Positions 42,477 to 54,200 of a stretch of 64,000 nt of DNA are shown here, piece by piece. The stretch is taken from the NCBI GenBank assembly GCA_964276515.1, contig OZ193909.1:4898001-4962000 (forward strand). The letters are read 5' to 3'. Position 1 is the first letter of the stretch. Every line of letters begins with the position of its first letter. The notes beneath the pieces were generated by a model that was not told the DNA's origin, searched no databases, and worked only from the letters and a program-made list of their open reading frames with translations. The stretch is from Gordius albopunctatus. Lineage: Eukaryota. The translations under genes and the position numbers were made by a program.

Positions 42477-43440
42477 AAGTAATATGGATGGGTATTTTAA
42501 GTTTTTTACGCCAAAATTAAGCCATACTCTATTTCTTCGAGTCATATGTAAAAATGATATATATTAATAGGTAATAGTTAATAATAATTACTTATTGATT
42601 TTCTCTCAACTATTTAAATAAAATATTATAACAAAAATGGAAGGTTTAAACAAATTACGATTAGTTGCAGAGACCAGAAAAGCTCGACACGCTGCCCGCC
42701 CAAACCACGGGCGGGCTGAGCAATTGTACGTGCTCAATGATATTTTTTTAATAATTTTGCCTAAAAAAATTTCAAACATCATTTCGGGCCAGGGTGTTCA
42801 GGTCTAATACACGGGCGGAATCGAGTGGGCGGCTTAGTTATAAAATTGGACCGGGCCGGGTTGGGCAGAAAATTTTTAATAAATCTGACCCCTGTTTCCT
42901 AGCATCTTGTATAATAAACCCAAGTAAACATGGTTATTATTTATTTTGGAGTACTAGTGTTGTGAAAACGGCTCGGTGTTGTTTGGGGTTAGTTAAACCA
43001 AAGGTCAACCAACACCCACCCAGCCGTTTTTACAACTTAACTTTTTACGAAATATTTAAAGATAATTAGGCTCCTAGCCCGGGACTCTGTCCCGTAGATA
43101 ATCGTTTATTCGCTATGCAATTGAAGCAGGGGTCAAAACAAAGGAGCGTGATGTTTAGGGCAGGGCCCTGGCTATGACCAAGCTTACATTTATTACTTTA
43201 ATTTATTAATAAATGATATTATCAATAATTAGCTAGAACGATAATGTAGTAGGTTTAGTTCGGCCTAATCCGGCCCGCTTCCAAATGTTTTATAAATTAA
43301 ATCGCTACTTTTTGACAGGTGAATAAGATTCAGTCAAAAATATATTTTTGTAGATATAGCATGCTTAAAATGACCCTTGAGAGTTTTATTTTAAAAAAGA
43401 TGCCTATATATGAGCCATAATTCCTGGTGAACTATTGTCT

Positions 43441-43978
43441 TATTATATTAGAAATTAGTAAATAAATTGCAGGTTAATGATATACTTTAGAAGATAATAA
43501 CAACCCCTTTCAGGAGTGCCCGCAATTAAATTAAAAGAATACTCTAATTAGCGCCATCTATGGGCAATTTTAATTAGAGACTAATTTGAACTATGTATAT
43601 CCCTATCTTTTTTAGTATGTGACTCGAAAATTTTACTAATTTCTAATATAATAAAATAATTATTACTACCATAATTATGGGGGTTTTTTCATAGCCAACA
43701 TAAGAATGGATTAAATCTAATTTGTGCCTTATATATACCTATCTCGCTTACTATGTGACTAGAAAATTAACTATGGCATACTGATGAGCTCTAATAAGAG
43801 CGAAAACGTTATATGTCTGTTATCATTTTCGAGTCACATACTAAAAAAGATAGGGATATACATACATAGTTCAAATTAGTCTCTAATTAAAATTGCCCAT
43901 AGATGGCGCTAATTAGAGTATTCTTTCAATTTAATTGCGGGCACTCCTGAAAGGGGTTGTTATTATTTTCTAAAGTAT
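43441..43978 (+). mobile_element. Hammerhead-containing non-autonomous retroelement (retrozyme/Penelope pLTR-like) with an inverted partial copy
   Basis: Inverted segment 43441-43630 plus forward unit 43631-43978. Arms 43482-43630 and 43826-43978 are reverse complements. Flanking 14-nt direct repeat tattgtcttattat at 43433-43446 and 43976-43989. Confidence 0.8.
43775..43817 (+). ncRNA. Minimal type I hammerhead ribozyme, intact core
   Basis: Stem I GGCAUA/UAUGUC; CUGAUGA; stem II GCUCU-AAUA-AGAGC; GAAA; palindromic stem III A-ACGU-U; cleavage triplet UUA (after 43811). Confidence 0.88.
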
Positions 43979-44593
43979 TGTCTTATTATTACTCTGCTAC
44001 CGATTTTTAAAATACCATTTGTTAGGGGGGGGGGACTTTTATATTTTAATAAATGTTCAAAAAATAATAAGTTAAAATATTTAAAAGATGTCGGACAAGG
44101 TTATAGTCAGGCCCAAAAACATAAATTTATTTTGGCCTTTGGCTGAACTTAAACATATTAAATTCAATTTGGAGTAATTAATTATGTTATTAAATTTATT
44201 TTTAAGCAATAGTACCATTAATGTAGGTTTGTATTTTAAATCAACAAAGTGGACAAGAGAGATAAAACAAATATTTTTCACTAAAGTAAGCTTATTTGCG
44301 CTATAAGAAATTAATAAAATTGGATTTTTTAGGGGTGCACAATTGATTAAATGGATCCTTTAAAAGCTTTAAATTTGATTTCCCTTCTATCCAGTTATCT
44401 AAGATTGTAATATTGACCTACAAGTAAGTTCACATATGAATTTTTGATTGATTTGGCTAAGTTTTAATTATTATGTCAGAAATTTTAATTAAAATATATG
44501 TAAATAGCTTTTATTTTTAAATCATGCTAATGAATAAATATAAAAAAGAAGTAATTAACATTTTTACAAAATAATAAGGATTTTGAGCATTAA

Positions 44594-45569
44594 TTATACA
44601 TTCTTTCCTTTATTTAATTGTTGTGTTTCCTTTTCTAATTCTACAATGGCTCTTTCAATCTCGTAGTTTTTACTAACCAACCCAACCCAGCTAAAATAAG
44701 TTTAATATATAATAAACTTAAATTACCAAGATTCAAGTTCTTGTAGTTGTGCTCCAACATTCATTTGAGTGGTCTTGCGTTCCCAATTAATTTCTTGTGT
44801 TTTTTTCCTAGTATATAGATTAACATTCATTTAAAAAAATAGTTTACTTGACATTTAAAAGTTCCTTTTGCAATACATCTACCATATCATTTAGCAATTT
44901 ATTATAATTTCTCCAGGCAACAGGCCCATATTCACCCATTAATTCAAGATTGGCTATTCTATTATATCAATTATTTAAAAAATTATAAATTTTAACATCT
45001 AAAAAAACCAAAACTTGTGATGTCATATGAGTTTTACTAACAAATTTAATCCTTTATAATAATTATATATGTAAAGTATTAATAGAATACCTTCTTATAA
45101 TTAGGTTTTAATATATTTACCTCATTGCCTGATGCTCAAGCTGAGCCATTGAATTCTCAACTGCCTCATTCCAGGCAGATATGTCTGTTAATTTACCAGG
45201 GGGTGGAGGTGGCAATTCATACCTTTTTTAGATATTAAAATATTAGCAACCAACATACCTCCTCATATTCATCATTTCCATAGGTGTGCGAGCAGAAATA
45301 CGTAAAAATTCATTTTTCATAATTTCAGTCTAACAAAAAAACTTAAAAGATATAGATTGTTGTACTTCAAAATTATTCAATTTAAGATTGGGTAGATGTT
45401 CCAAATAGTTTTTAGTAGGCTTATAGCGTTTAGTTTCTTCTTCAACAAGGGCCAGTGCCTATTAATACATATTTTATAAGTAAAATTAAGTTACAATCTC
45501 TCTAATTTTAGGATCGTCAAATCCCTGATCTATGTAGGGCAGAGCATCTATAACAACTTCGCCCGCCAT
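44594..45569 (-). CDS. BCAS2: Pre-mRNA-splicing factor SPF27 (BCAS2)
   Basis: Exons 45569-45495, 45458-45366, 45329-45259, 45222-45121, 44958-44848, 44807-44727, 44690-44594. Protein [16 protein letters not shown]...[16 protein letters not shown]...[19 protein letters not shown]...[15 protein letters not shown]. Confidence 0.97.
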
Positions 45570-45589
45570 ATGTTTTTATACTACCACGT

Positions 45590-46090
45590 CTGGAAATTAC
45601 AAAAAAGATTAATGTCTCAGAATTTGGAATTGCAAAATGTAAGAAACACCAAACTTCGATTATACTAACCCTTAATCCTCTCATTACTTTCTTACGGCTG
45701 TGAGACCTGGAACCTCAAGACAAGCTTAATCAAAAATATACACACAAAGGTGAACAAAATGTTATCTGTCAAATCTTCTACCCAAGAATAATTAGAAATA
45801 AGAATTTATGGTATCTATGTAAACTACCCCCGGTCACAGATATATGATTATTGTTAAAAAGTGCAACTTCTTAGGACAACAGTTTTGGCGAGACTCCCCC
45901 AGCCTCTACATGCCAACTATACTGTGGAGATCTCCCTAACTAGGATACCGGAAATGCCGTGGAACGTGTTCCTACAACACGTTCAAAGAATTAAACAGCA
46001 TAGTACTTCAACTTGACCAATTGGATGCAATTCTTATAGATAGGAACACATGTAAAAAGTTTGACAGCAATCACCTAGCCTACAAGTTTC
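45590..46090 (+). mobile_element. Degenerate LINE (RTE-like) 3' fragment
   Basis: TKLRLY*PLILSLLSYGCETWNL resembles the RTE 'K.R.Y...V.PVLLYG.ETW' motif. Confidence 0.6.
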
Positions 46091-48110
46091 CTGTTAACAC
46101 GCCAAGGAAAACCATCTATAAACTACCATACCCTCTGCCCGCAGTCTTACAATGACTCAAAACAGGACCTGTGTGCAACTGAACAAGGTAAACTATCTCT
46201 TAAAGAATTCCACTGCTTGCCACAGATGGTAGATCAATTTTTGTTTTTTATGCAGCTTCTCTATACCTGTACTATTGCGACTTCTAATTCAATAGACCTC
46301 ATACACACCTCTAAAAATGTAGACTTTAAGTCGTCTTAACCCGAGTAAACGTTAAGAAAAAACGACTGTTAGTCGGGCGGTCTTATGTTATGTGTTACAA
46401 CAAAGATTAAATGTGTAAGTGTATCGATTTCGTCTTGTCTCGGGTGCTATTATAGGAATTCGATCTTGTCTCTGTCTCTCTTCGGTGAGAAATCTCGACA
46501 TGTCTCGACTTTTAATAAATTTATATAAATTTTTTCCTTAATTTAAAATAAAAAGGTTTTCAATAACATATAAAGGTTATAACAAATAATCCTGAATCCA
46601 AAAGTAAACGACTCTAATATACTGTAAGATCCCATACTATCTCCGAAAATATTTACTATCGATTTTTAAAATAATTTAGCCATAAAATATATTTTTTTTA
46701 ATAAAGTTTATTTATGCTCATATATTTAAGTGTGGTGCAAAATTTCCTAGAAAATTATAGGTATAAGAGTTCGCTTGCCAACCCTACTTTTATAATGTAA
46801 AAGATAATGAAAATGACAAAAAGAATGAATGATGTAGCTTTTGACTTGAGAATCTCAAAGTTGTACCATAAGTTGAAGAGTAGAAAATCCTGGTAGACTC
46901 ATGATTTCTAAATTATTGGCAAGCACAGAAGTCACCGGGGTACAAAAAATGATAGCCATTTTAGCCCATTATATATAATTATTATAATTAATAACCCACC
47001 GATTCAAAATATGATCAAATTAGGCAGGATAATATAATTGTTGCCAAATTTGAAGATGTTTTAACAATTTTTATTTTTTTATGAAAATATTAATTCTGTA
47101 TGTTTATATTATATATTAACCAAGTACCAGTGAAACCTGTAGGTGACGCAACATTAAATACTTTTCTCAAAAACTACTATAAATAAAAACATGTTTAAAC
47201 TAAATTTAATCGTTTGGATTGGAATAAATCAGCTGATGTTTTTATTATTTTCTCTTCATTGGTTCTTAAATTATACTCGTTCAAAAATCGTAAAAATCGC
47301 AATTTCGACATGCCTTCTTTTTTTAAGTTTATACAAACTCAACAATAAGTTTTTGTAATTCATTTTACACTTTCAAAATCTGTCTAATTTTCCCAAAATT
47401 TTGATCTAAGAGCGATAAAAATTTTTTGGGTCTAAATAATCATGAAAATACGCCTGTCATTTAATAAAATTAAAATAAAAAACTTAATGAAAAGGGGAAT
47501 TATGTTTGCTTAACGATAAATACACAAGTTTGATCCTAATTCTGTATGTTTATTAACCTAAAATACTAAATAGAGCTGGTAATTTTCTTTGCTATTAAAT
47601 CTAATCATAAGCGCTTACCTCATAAATAAAGTTGCTTTTATCAGATAAAAACCTCCTATTATATGTCTATTGGCCTCCTGCCGTGCCTATTTTTGTTTTT
47701 GATATATATATATGAACGATTCGCTATATATAATTTAGTTTATAATCGGGAGGGGGGGGGAGTGAAAGAAGACGACCTTGTTTCAAGTGGAATGAGCAAG
47801 TGGATATGATAACTAAGAAGGTAAATCCGGACATGGTTCTTATTTAATCAAGAAGGAAAAAACTGACAAAAACAAAACCAACTAGTGTGGAACTAAATGT
47901 AAGATAAAAAAGAAGAAAAGCGTATTTAACATAAAAGGTTTAAAAAATTTATTATAAATATATTAGTTCGTTACATGCTAATTTTTAAATTACCAATAAG
48001 CCAATGGAAAAAAGCTTTAAAATTAATCATCTTAACTAATTTTGGCCAAGTTATAAGAAATATTGATTCAAATAAAGTTTTAAGCAATTTTTTATTTAAC
48101 TTAGAATACT

Positions 48111-51100
48111 CTTCTTCTTTATCGTGTTGAAAATCCCACAGACGTGGGGTACGTTTTCAGCAACCTCTTCCATCTGAGTCGCGTAAATGCCATGCCAATT
48201 TCAATCTGTTTGACGTCCATATCCTTTTCGACCAGTCGTTTCCAGGTGGCACGTGGTCTGCCTCTTCCTCCTCTTCCAGGCACGTCCATCTCCAGCTTTC
48301 GGCGTGTGACATCGTCTTCGTCTCTTCGTAATACATGGCCGTACCACCGCAGTCGATTTTCTCTTAAGAAGTCCTTCGTCGCTTGTATACCCATCTTTGT
48401 CATCAAGGATTCGTTCGTCATGCGATCCAGCTTGGTGTAGCCTAAGCTCCATCGCACCATTCTCATTTCCGTGACTTGCAAGAGTTTCTCCTCCGCGGTG
48501 GTTACAGCCCATGTTTCGCTCCCGTAAAGCAAGACCGGTCGCACGATGGTTTTGTACGCCTTGCTTTTCAACCAAATTGGTATCTTTTTGTCACACATGA
48601 CACCGGAGATGCTGCGCCACTTGAGCCATGCTTTCTTGATCTGAGAATGGACTTCGGCGGTACATCCTCCCTCTTGATGTAATAGCGAGCCAAGATATGT
48701 GAACTTATCAACCTTCGTGTACATTGGACCGTCATTTTTGTGCATTTGCGGACTACCGCCCATCGTTTGCATGTAAACCGTTTTCTTCTCGCTGACCTTT
48801 AACCCGAATTCCGAAAAACGTTCTGACCATTTTTTCGCCTGATGAAAAACCCCTTCTCTTGTTTCATCGCATAGAACAATATCGTCGGCATATAGCATAG
48901 TCCAAGGGGCTGGCTTGTGCAAGTCCTTTGTTATTGTATCCATAACTAGATTAAACAAGAATGGGCCTAACGCTGATCCTTGATGTAGTCCGATCATTAT
49001 TCGGAAGGGTTTCGTTACTCCTACGGTAGTCCTAACAGATGCAACCGCGCCATTATACATTTCCTTGATAAGTCGAACATATCCTTCGTGTATATTTCTG
49101 GCTCTAAGGGACCACCATATTAAGTCTCTCGGAACCGTATCGTAGGCCTTTTCTAAATCGATGAAGACCATGTGTAAGTTCTTTCTTATGTCGCCATATT
49201 TTTCCATCGTCTGCTTCAACGCAAAGATTGGGTCCATCGTTGATTTACCGGGAACACAAATCCAAACTGATTGGGCGAGAGACAAACTTCGTCATTCAGC
49301 CTTTTCACTAGCACCCTTTCTAGTAGTTTTAGTGAGTGGCAGGTCAACTTAATACCTCTAAAGTTGCCACATTCCTGCGCGTCTCCTTTACCTTTGTATA
49401 TGGGTATGATCGTACTTTCCCTCCATTGGTCAGGGATACGACTCTCATACAGCATAGCGTTAAATAGGCCTGTCATTATGTCGATTCCTTCTCCTTTGCA
49501 CCCAAGACAAGCTTCGATCGGTAAATCATCGGGACCTAGCGCTTTCCCTTTCCGCATCTTCGTTAGTTGCGCTCCTACTTCATAAGCCTGCAATGGTAAA
49601 ACCAAGTTCGAGTTCGGTTCCACCCTCTCTAGCGGTCTTCTATCATTCGTTTTGTTCATCATATTTTGGAAATAATCTTTCCATCTTTTGATGACTTCCT
49701 TCGGTTTGCACAACGTTCGTCCCTCTTCGCTTTTAATGACTTTAAGTGTCCCGACATCTCGTATTTTTTTTCTCCCTGATCTTTGCGAGTTTATACATGA
49801 CTATGTCGCCGCCCTTGGTATCGAGCTTGTTTGCCATCTCGGTGTAGGCCTCGTTCTTCGCTATCGCGACCGCTATCTTAGCCTTGCGTTTCGCTTTACG
49901 ATATGCCTCGTAGTCTTCTCCTTTCTTCGTTTTGTACCATCGTAGGTACAACGCCTTCTTTTCTTCTATAAACTCTTTGACCGAGTCATTCCACCACCAT
50001 AGTTCACGCTTGTGAGCTCTGCCGCCCTTAGTTCGTCCCAATATTTGAAAGGCCGTTTCCTTTATAACATTTGCAACGGTGCCCCACCTTTTGTTAATGT
50101 CGCCCTCCAAGCCTGCAACCTTCAAGAGCGGAGTTGCTCGAGCGTGAAACATTTCATTTGCACGATCATCCTTAACCTTTTCGCACTTTATCCTTGGTGT
50201 GTAGACTTTTCTCCTTACAGGAAAAATCTTTCTTGCTATATCGAGGACAACTGGGCGATGTTGTTTGGCGGTTTCTTCCCCCGGTATAACCTTGCAATCT
50301 TTAACTTGCCACAAATCTTTGCGCTTCACTAATATGTAGCCGACCTGTGTAAGGTGATCCCCACTACTCTACGTCGCTAAATGTTCGGTACGCTTCTGAA
50401 AGAAGGTATTCACAATGGCCATATCGTAAGCTTGCGCCATCTGTAGTAACTTCTCTCCCTCTTTATTTTTCACCCCATAGCCATGCCCGCCGTGATTTCG
50501 TTCGTACACGCCCCTTTCTTTCCCAACGTGCTCATTAAAGTCTGCTCCGATGATGAGATTCTCCTCAGGCTTCACGTAGCGTATTTCTTTTTCGAGCTTC
50601 TCATAGAATTTGTCCTTCTCATTTTCGGAACATCCAACCTGGGGCGAATACGCACAAATAACATTGGCAAGGCCGCCTTGATCCGCCAGCTTTATGCACA
50701 TCAATCTATCTGAGTATCCTTTGACTTCGACTACCTTGTCCTTAAAGGAATCGCTAAGCACTATACCGACCCCGTTCTTCCGTGATGGGGAACCCGAGTA
50801 GTATAGCTTGTAACCATCTCCTAGCTCCCTGGCTTTTGTTCCATGCCACCGCGTTTCTTGTAGACACGCTATGTGTATCCTTCGCCTTTTTAGCATCTGC
50901 GCAACCTCGATGCTCTTCCCCGTCAGCGTGCCCACATTCCAGCTAGCCACTCTTGTCCGTTCGACAACTAGGTTCCTTAACCGCCTTCGTTGTGAGTGAG
51001 GCGGTGACCCTTGTATACTTTTCACATTGCACGGGCGGATGATGCAATGCGCGTCGTTTGGGGAGGACGCCCTAGCATTCTGGTATAAGTTCGTATTTGT

Positions 51101-51196
51101 AGCTGCCATGTTGTTTGGAGTTGCTTTTTACAGCCGGCTTCCGACCTGACGTCAACCCTCCACTTTTTTCACACAGACTTGGGACCGTCGTTGGTA
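48111..51196 (-). mobile_element. Near-full-length RTE-clade LINE (AP endonuclease + RT), inactivated
   Basis: APE: VASWNVGTL, LQETRW, NGVGIV, AYSPQ, GADFN. RT: FIDLEKAYD, GLHQGSALGP, LYADD, YLGS. One nonsense codon (50369) and two frameshifts (about 49740 and 49250); short (GAA)n 3' tail. Confidence 0.95.
51150..51196 (-). ncRNA. Twister ribozyme core (5'-clipped) at the RTE 5' end
   Basis: Minus strand AC CAACG ACGG UCCC AA GU CUGU GUGAAAAA AGUG GAGGG UUG. P4 ACGG/CUGU; pseudoknots CCC/GGG and AC/GU; conserved UCCCAAG and GAGGG. Confidence 0.75.
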
Positions 51197-51679
51197 TACT
51201 AAATTGTAGAAATTAATGTTCATTTATTTAAAAATGAGGGTAAAATATAAATGATAATATCAAGATCAATATTTTATTTTGGAGACTTAAATGCAACATT
51301 AAATCTATGATGGGGTTTGCCCTTGTGAATGATACTTATTGATGCGGATTTCAAAAAATACACATTCCAATAATTATCGGTTGTATATTAAAAGATATGG
51401 GCACAACTATTATTTTACCTTTTAAGTGATGACGAAATTGTTAGAACTGAGAGTTAAAAAATTTTAATCCCGATTTTATAGACTTTTCAAATTATGGCGA
51501 AAATTGGACCGATTGTTCTAAATATGAAGTTTGCCAATGGCTAGATCAAAATAAATAAATAGAAACTCGGGCCTTCGGTCCTCGTGGGAAGGGGGATGGG
51601 AGAAGGGGAGGAGGGGAAGAGAAGGGGGGAAGAAAAGGGGAATGAAACTCATCTATACTGTGTATAAAAGTAGCATATT

Positions 51680-53845
51680 TGCTACGCAATTTATGGGAGA
51701 GAATAGGGGGGTATTAAATGCAAAATGATTAGCTAATTATTTATAAATATTTTCTATCACTTTGGCCAGTGGTGATCTTTTCTAATGGTTAGCAGACAAC
51801 CAAATAACTAGCCTATAATTATAATCACGAAAAAAAATCAATTTATATCTCACTTTGACCAATGGTCATTTTTTCATTGGTCAGTAGCCAGCGGACGGTC
51901 AAAAAGTCATATTATCAATGGGATTAACAACAACAATATATTAATTAAATAATAAAAAATAAAAAAAAAATTTGCCCTCGGCGGGATTCGAACCCACATC
52001 AGTAGAGGCATAAGCCTTTGTAGGGGCACAGGGACCCATATCAGTAGAGGCATAGGCCCTTGTAAGGGGGCATAGGGTCATTATCAATGTTAACCTAATA
52101 AACCAATTCAAAAACGAAAAAAAATTTGATTTATAATTTGGCCAATGGTCATTTTTTCATTGGTCAGTAGCCAGCGGAGGGCCAAAAAGTCATATTATCA
52201 ATGGTATTAACAAGAATAATATTTTAATTTAATTAAAAAAAATTGTCCTCTCCGGGTATCGAACCAGCAAGTCAGAACGTTTTAAGGACGGATAAAACTT
52301 GACTAAATTAAAAAATCGATAAATGGTTTAGATTAAAATATACGACGTATATCTAGGATGAGACAGCAACACAGTGATCGGTAGAAAGAGATGGATGGAA
52401 GGAAAAGGGCTTTTATAGCTTCTTATATTAAGGCGGGATGAAAGGGTGACCCATGACATATTTAGAAAAAAATAACTAATGTTAATAGGTCTAGTGTAAA
52501 AATATGAATTTTTCAATAACTTAACAAAAATATATTAGAAAAATATTTGTCCAAATTTCGAATATTTGCCTTGGACCTGAGTTTATGTGATCTATTGTCT
52601 TTCTTTAGAGTTTAGACTATGGTTATATTCAGCCGGTAAAATTATAGGTGTAATAAATTTTGTTTTTTTGCCGCGAATCGAGCTTCCTACTAATCGTAGG
52701 GCCATTTAAATTGCTTGTTATAATAATGAATACTTAATAAGTATTATTTATATTTAGTTATATTGTTAATTTATTGATGAATTTTAACAACCATTTTTTC
52801 ACATAATATGGTAGGTTTGGAGTCATTTTATTTCGGTAACTTATATTTTTTTATAAAACAACTTTTGAACTAAAAAAGCTAAGTTATTAAATGAAAATAA
52901 ATGATATGATGATTATATATTGGAAAATGTCAAACTCTTAAAAAATTATACTTTGATCAGTGGTCATTTTTTCTATTGGTCAGTAGCCAGGACACGGTCA
53001 TGAAGGATATAAATACATAAGAGACGAAAAAAACGAAAAAAACAATTTCGATTTATAATTTGGCCAATGGTCATTTTTTTCACATTGGTCAGCAGCCAGG
53101 ACACGATCAAAAAGTCATATTATCAATGGTATTAACAAGACCAATATATTAATTTAAAAAAAATAAAAAAAATTTGCCCTCTCTAGGATTCGAACCCACA
53201 TTAGTAGAGGGGTAAGCCTTTGTGGGGGGGGCACAGGGACCCATATCAGTAGAGGCATATTATCAATGTTAACCTAATAAACTAATAGCAATTCAAAAAG
53301 CGGAAAAAAAGTTTCGAATCACAATTTGAGCAATGGTCCTTTTTTTTATTGGTCAGTAGCCAGCGGACGGCCAAAAAGTCATATTATCAATGGTATTAAC
53401 AAGAACAATATATTAATTTAATTAAAAAAAAATAAAAATTTCGTCCTCTCCGGGTATCCAACCAGCAATTAAGAATTTGCCCTCGCCGGGATTCTAACCC
53501 ACATCAGTAGAGGCATATGCTTTTTTGGGGGGGGGGGCACAGGGACCCATATCAGTAGAGGCATAGACCCTTGTAGGGGGGCACAGGGTAATTATCAATG
53601 TTAACCTATACCAATTCAAAAAAAAATTTCGAATCACAATTTGGCCAATGGTCATTTTTATGGTCAGTAGCCAGAACACGATCAAAAAGTCATATTATCA
53701 ATGGTATTAACAAGAAAAATTTATTCATTTAATTAAAAAAAAATTTGTCCTCTCCGGGTATCGAACCTGCAAGTCAGAAAGTGGAAAGTACGGACAAACG
53801 GACAACGGACACCAAAAAGCGAGCCCATAAATTGCATAGCAATTA
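51680..53845 (-). repeat. Two clusters of the CCAAT/tRNA-half repeat family (Helentron/HINE-like)
   Basis: Tandem units ggattcgaacccacatcagtagaggcata...ggggcacaggg and ccaatggtcattttttcattggtcagtagcc; terminal motif gagcccataaattgcatagcaatt at 53821-53844. Confidence 0.75.
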
Positions 53846-54200
53846 ATAATATATTGACAATTTATGTACAGTATTCGATGCCTTTTAGTTGTAAAATAAT
53901 TGTTTAGCAAATGATTTATACTTGAATTTTACTTTCTTTTTACACACCAAGTAAGATGGGAAAAATAATCATAAATTTAATTTAAATATAAAAAAAAGTA
54001 ATTTTAATTTGCTAATTTAATTATTGCTAATAAGAGACCTATTACAAATTTATGAACAGTTTTGTGAAATTATTTTTAAATATAATACAATAGGGAGTAT
54101 GTTTAACCATAGACTAGATAGACTGCTCATGCCTTATGTTGCATATGGTTAATTGTGTGTCAAATTTTCCTCCATTTTGAAGAGTGCAACTGGTGTAATT

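Noticed and set aside
48144..50713. Antisense and overlapping ORFs over the RTE (and likewise over the CRE at 39059-40653)
   Set aside because: Shadow ORFs of GC-richer retroelement coding sequence with no recognisable motifs.
12860..53780. GGTTCGAATCC motifs as functional tRNA genes
   Set aside because: No D-arm, anticodon arm or 5' acceptor strand; embedded in a dispersed repeat.
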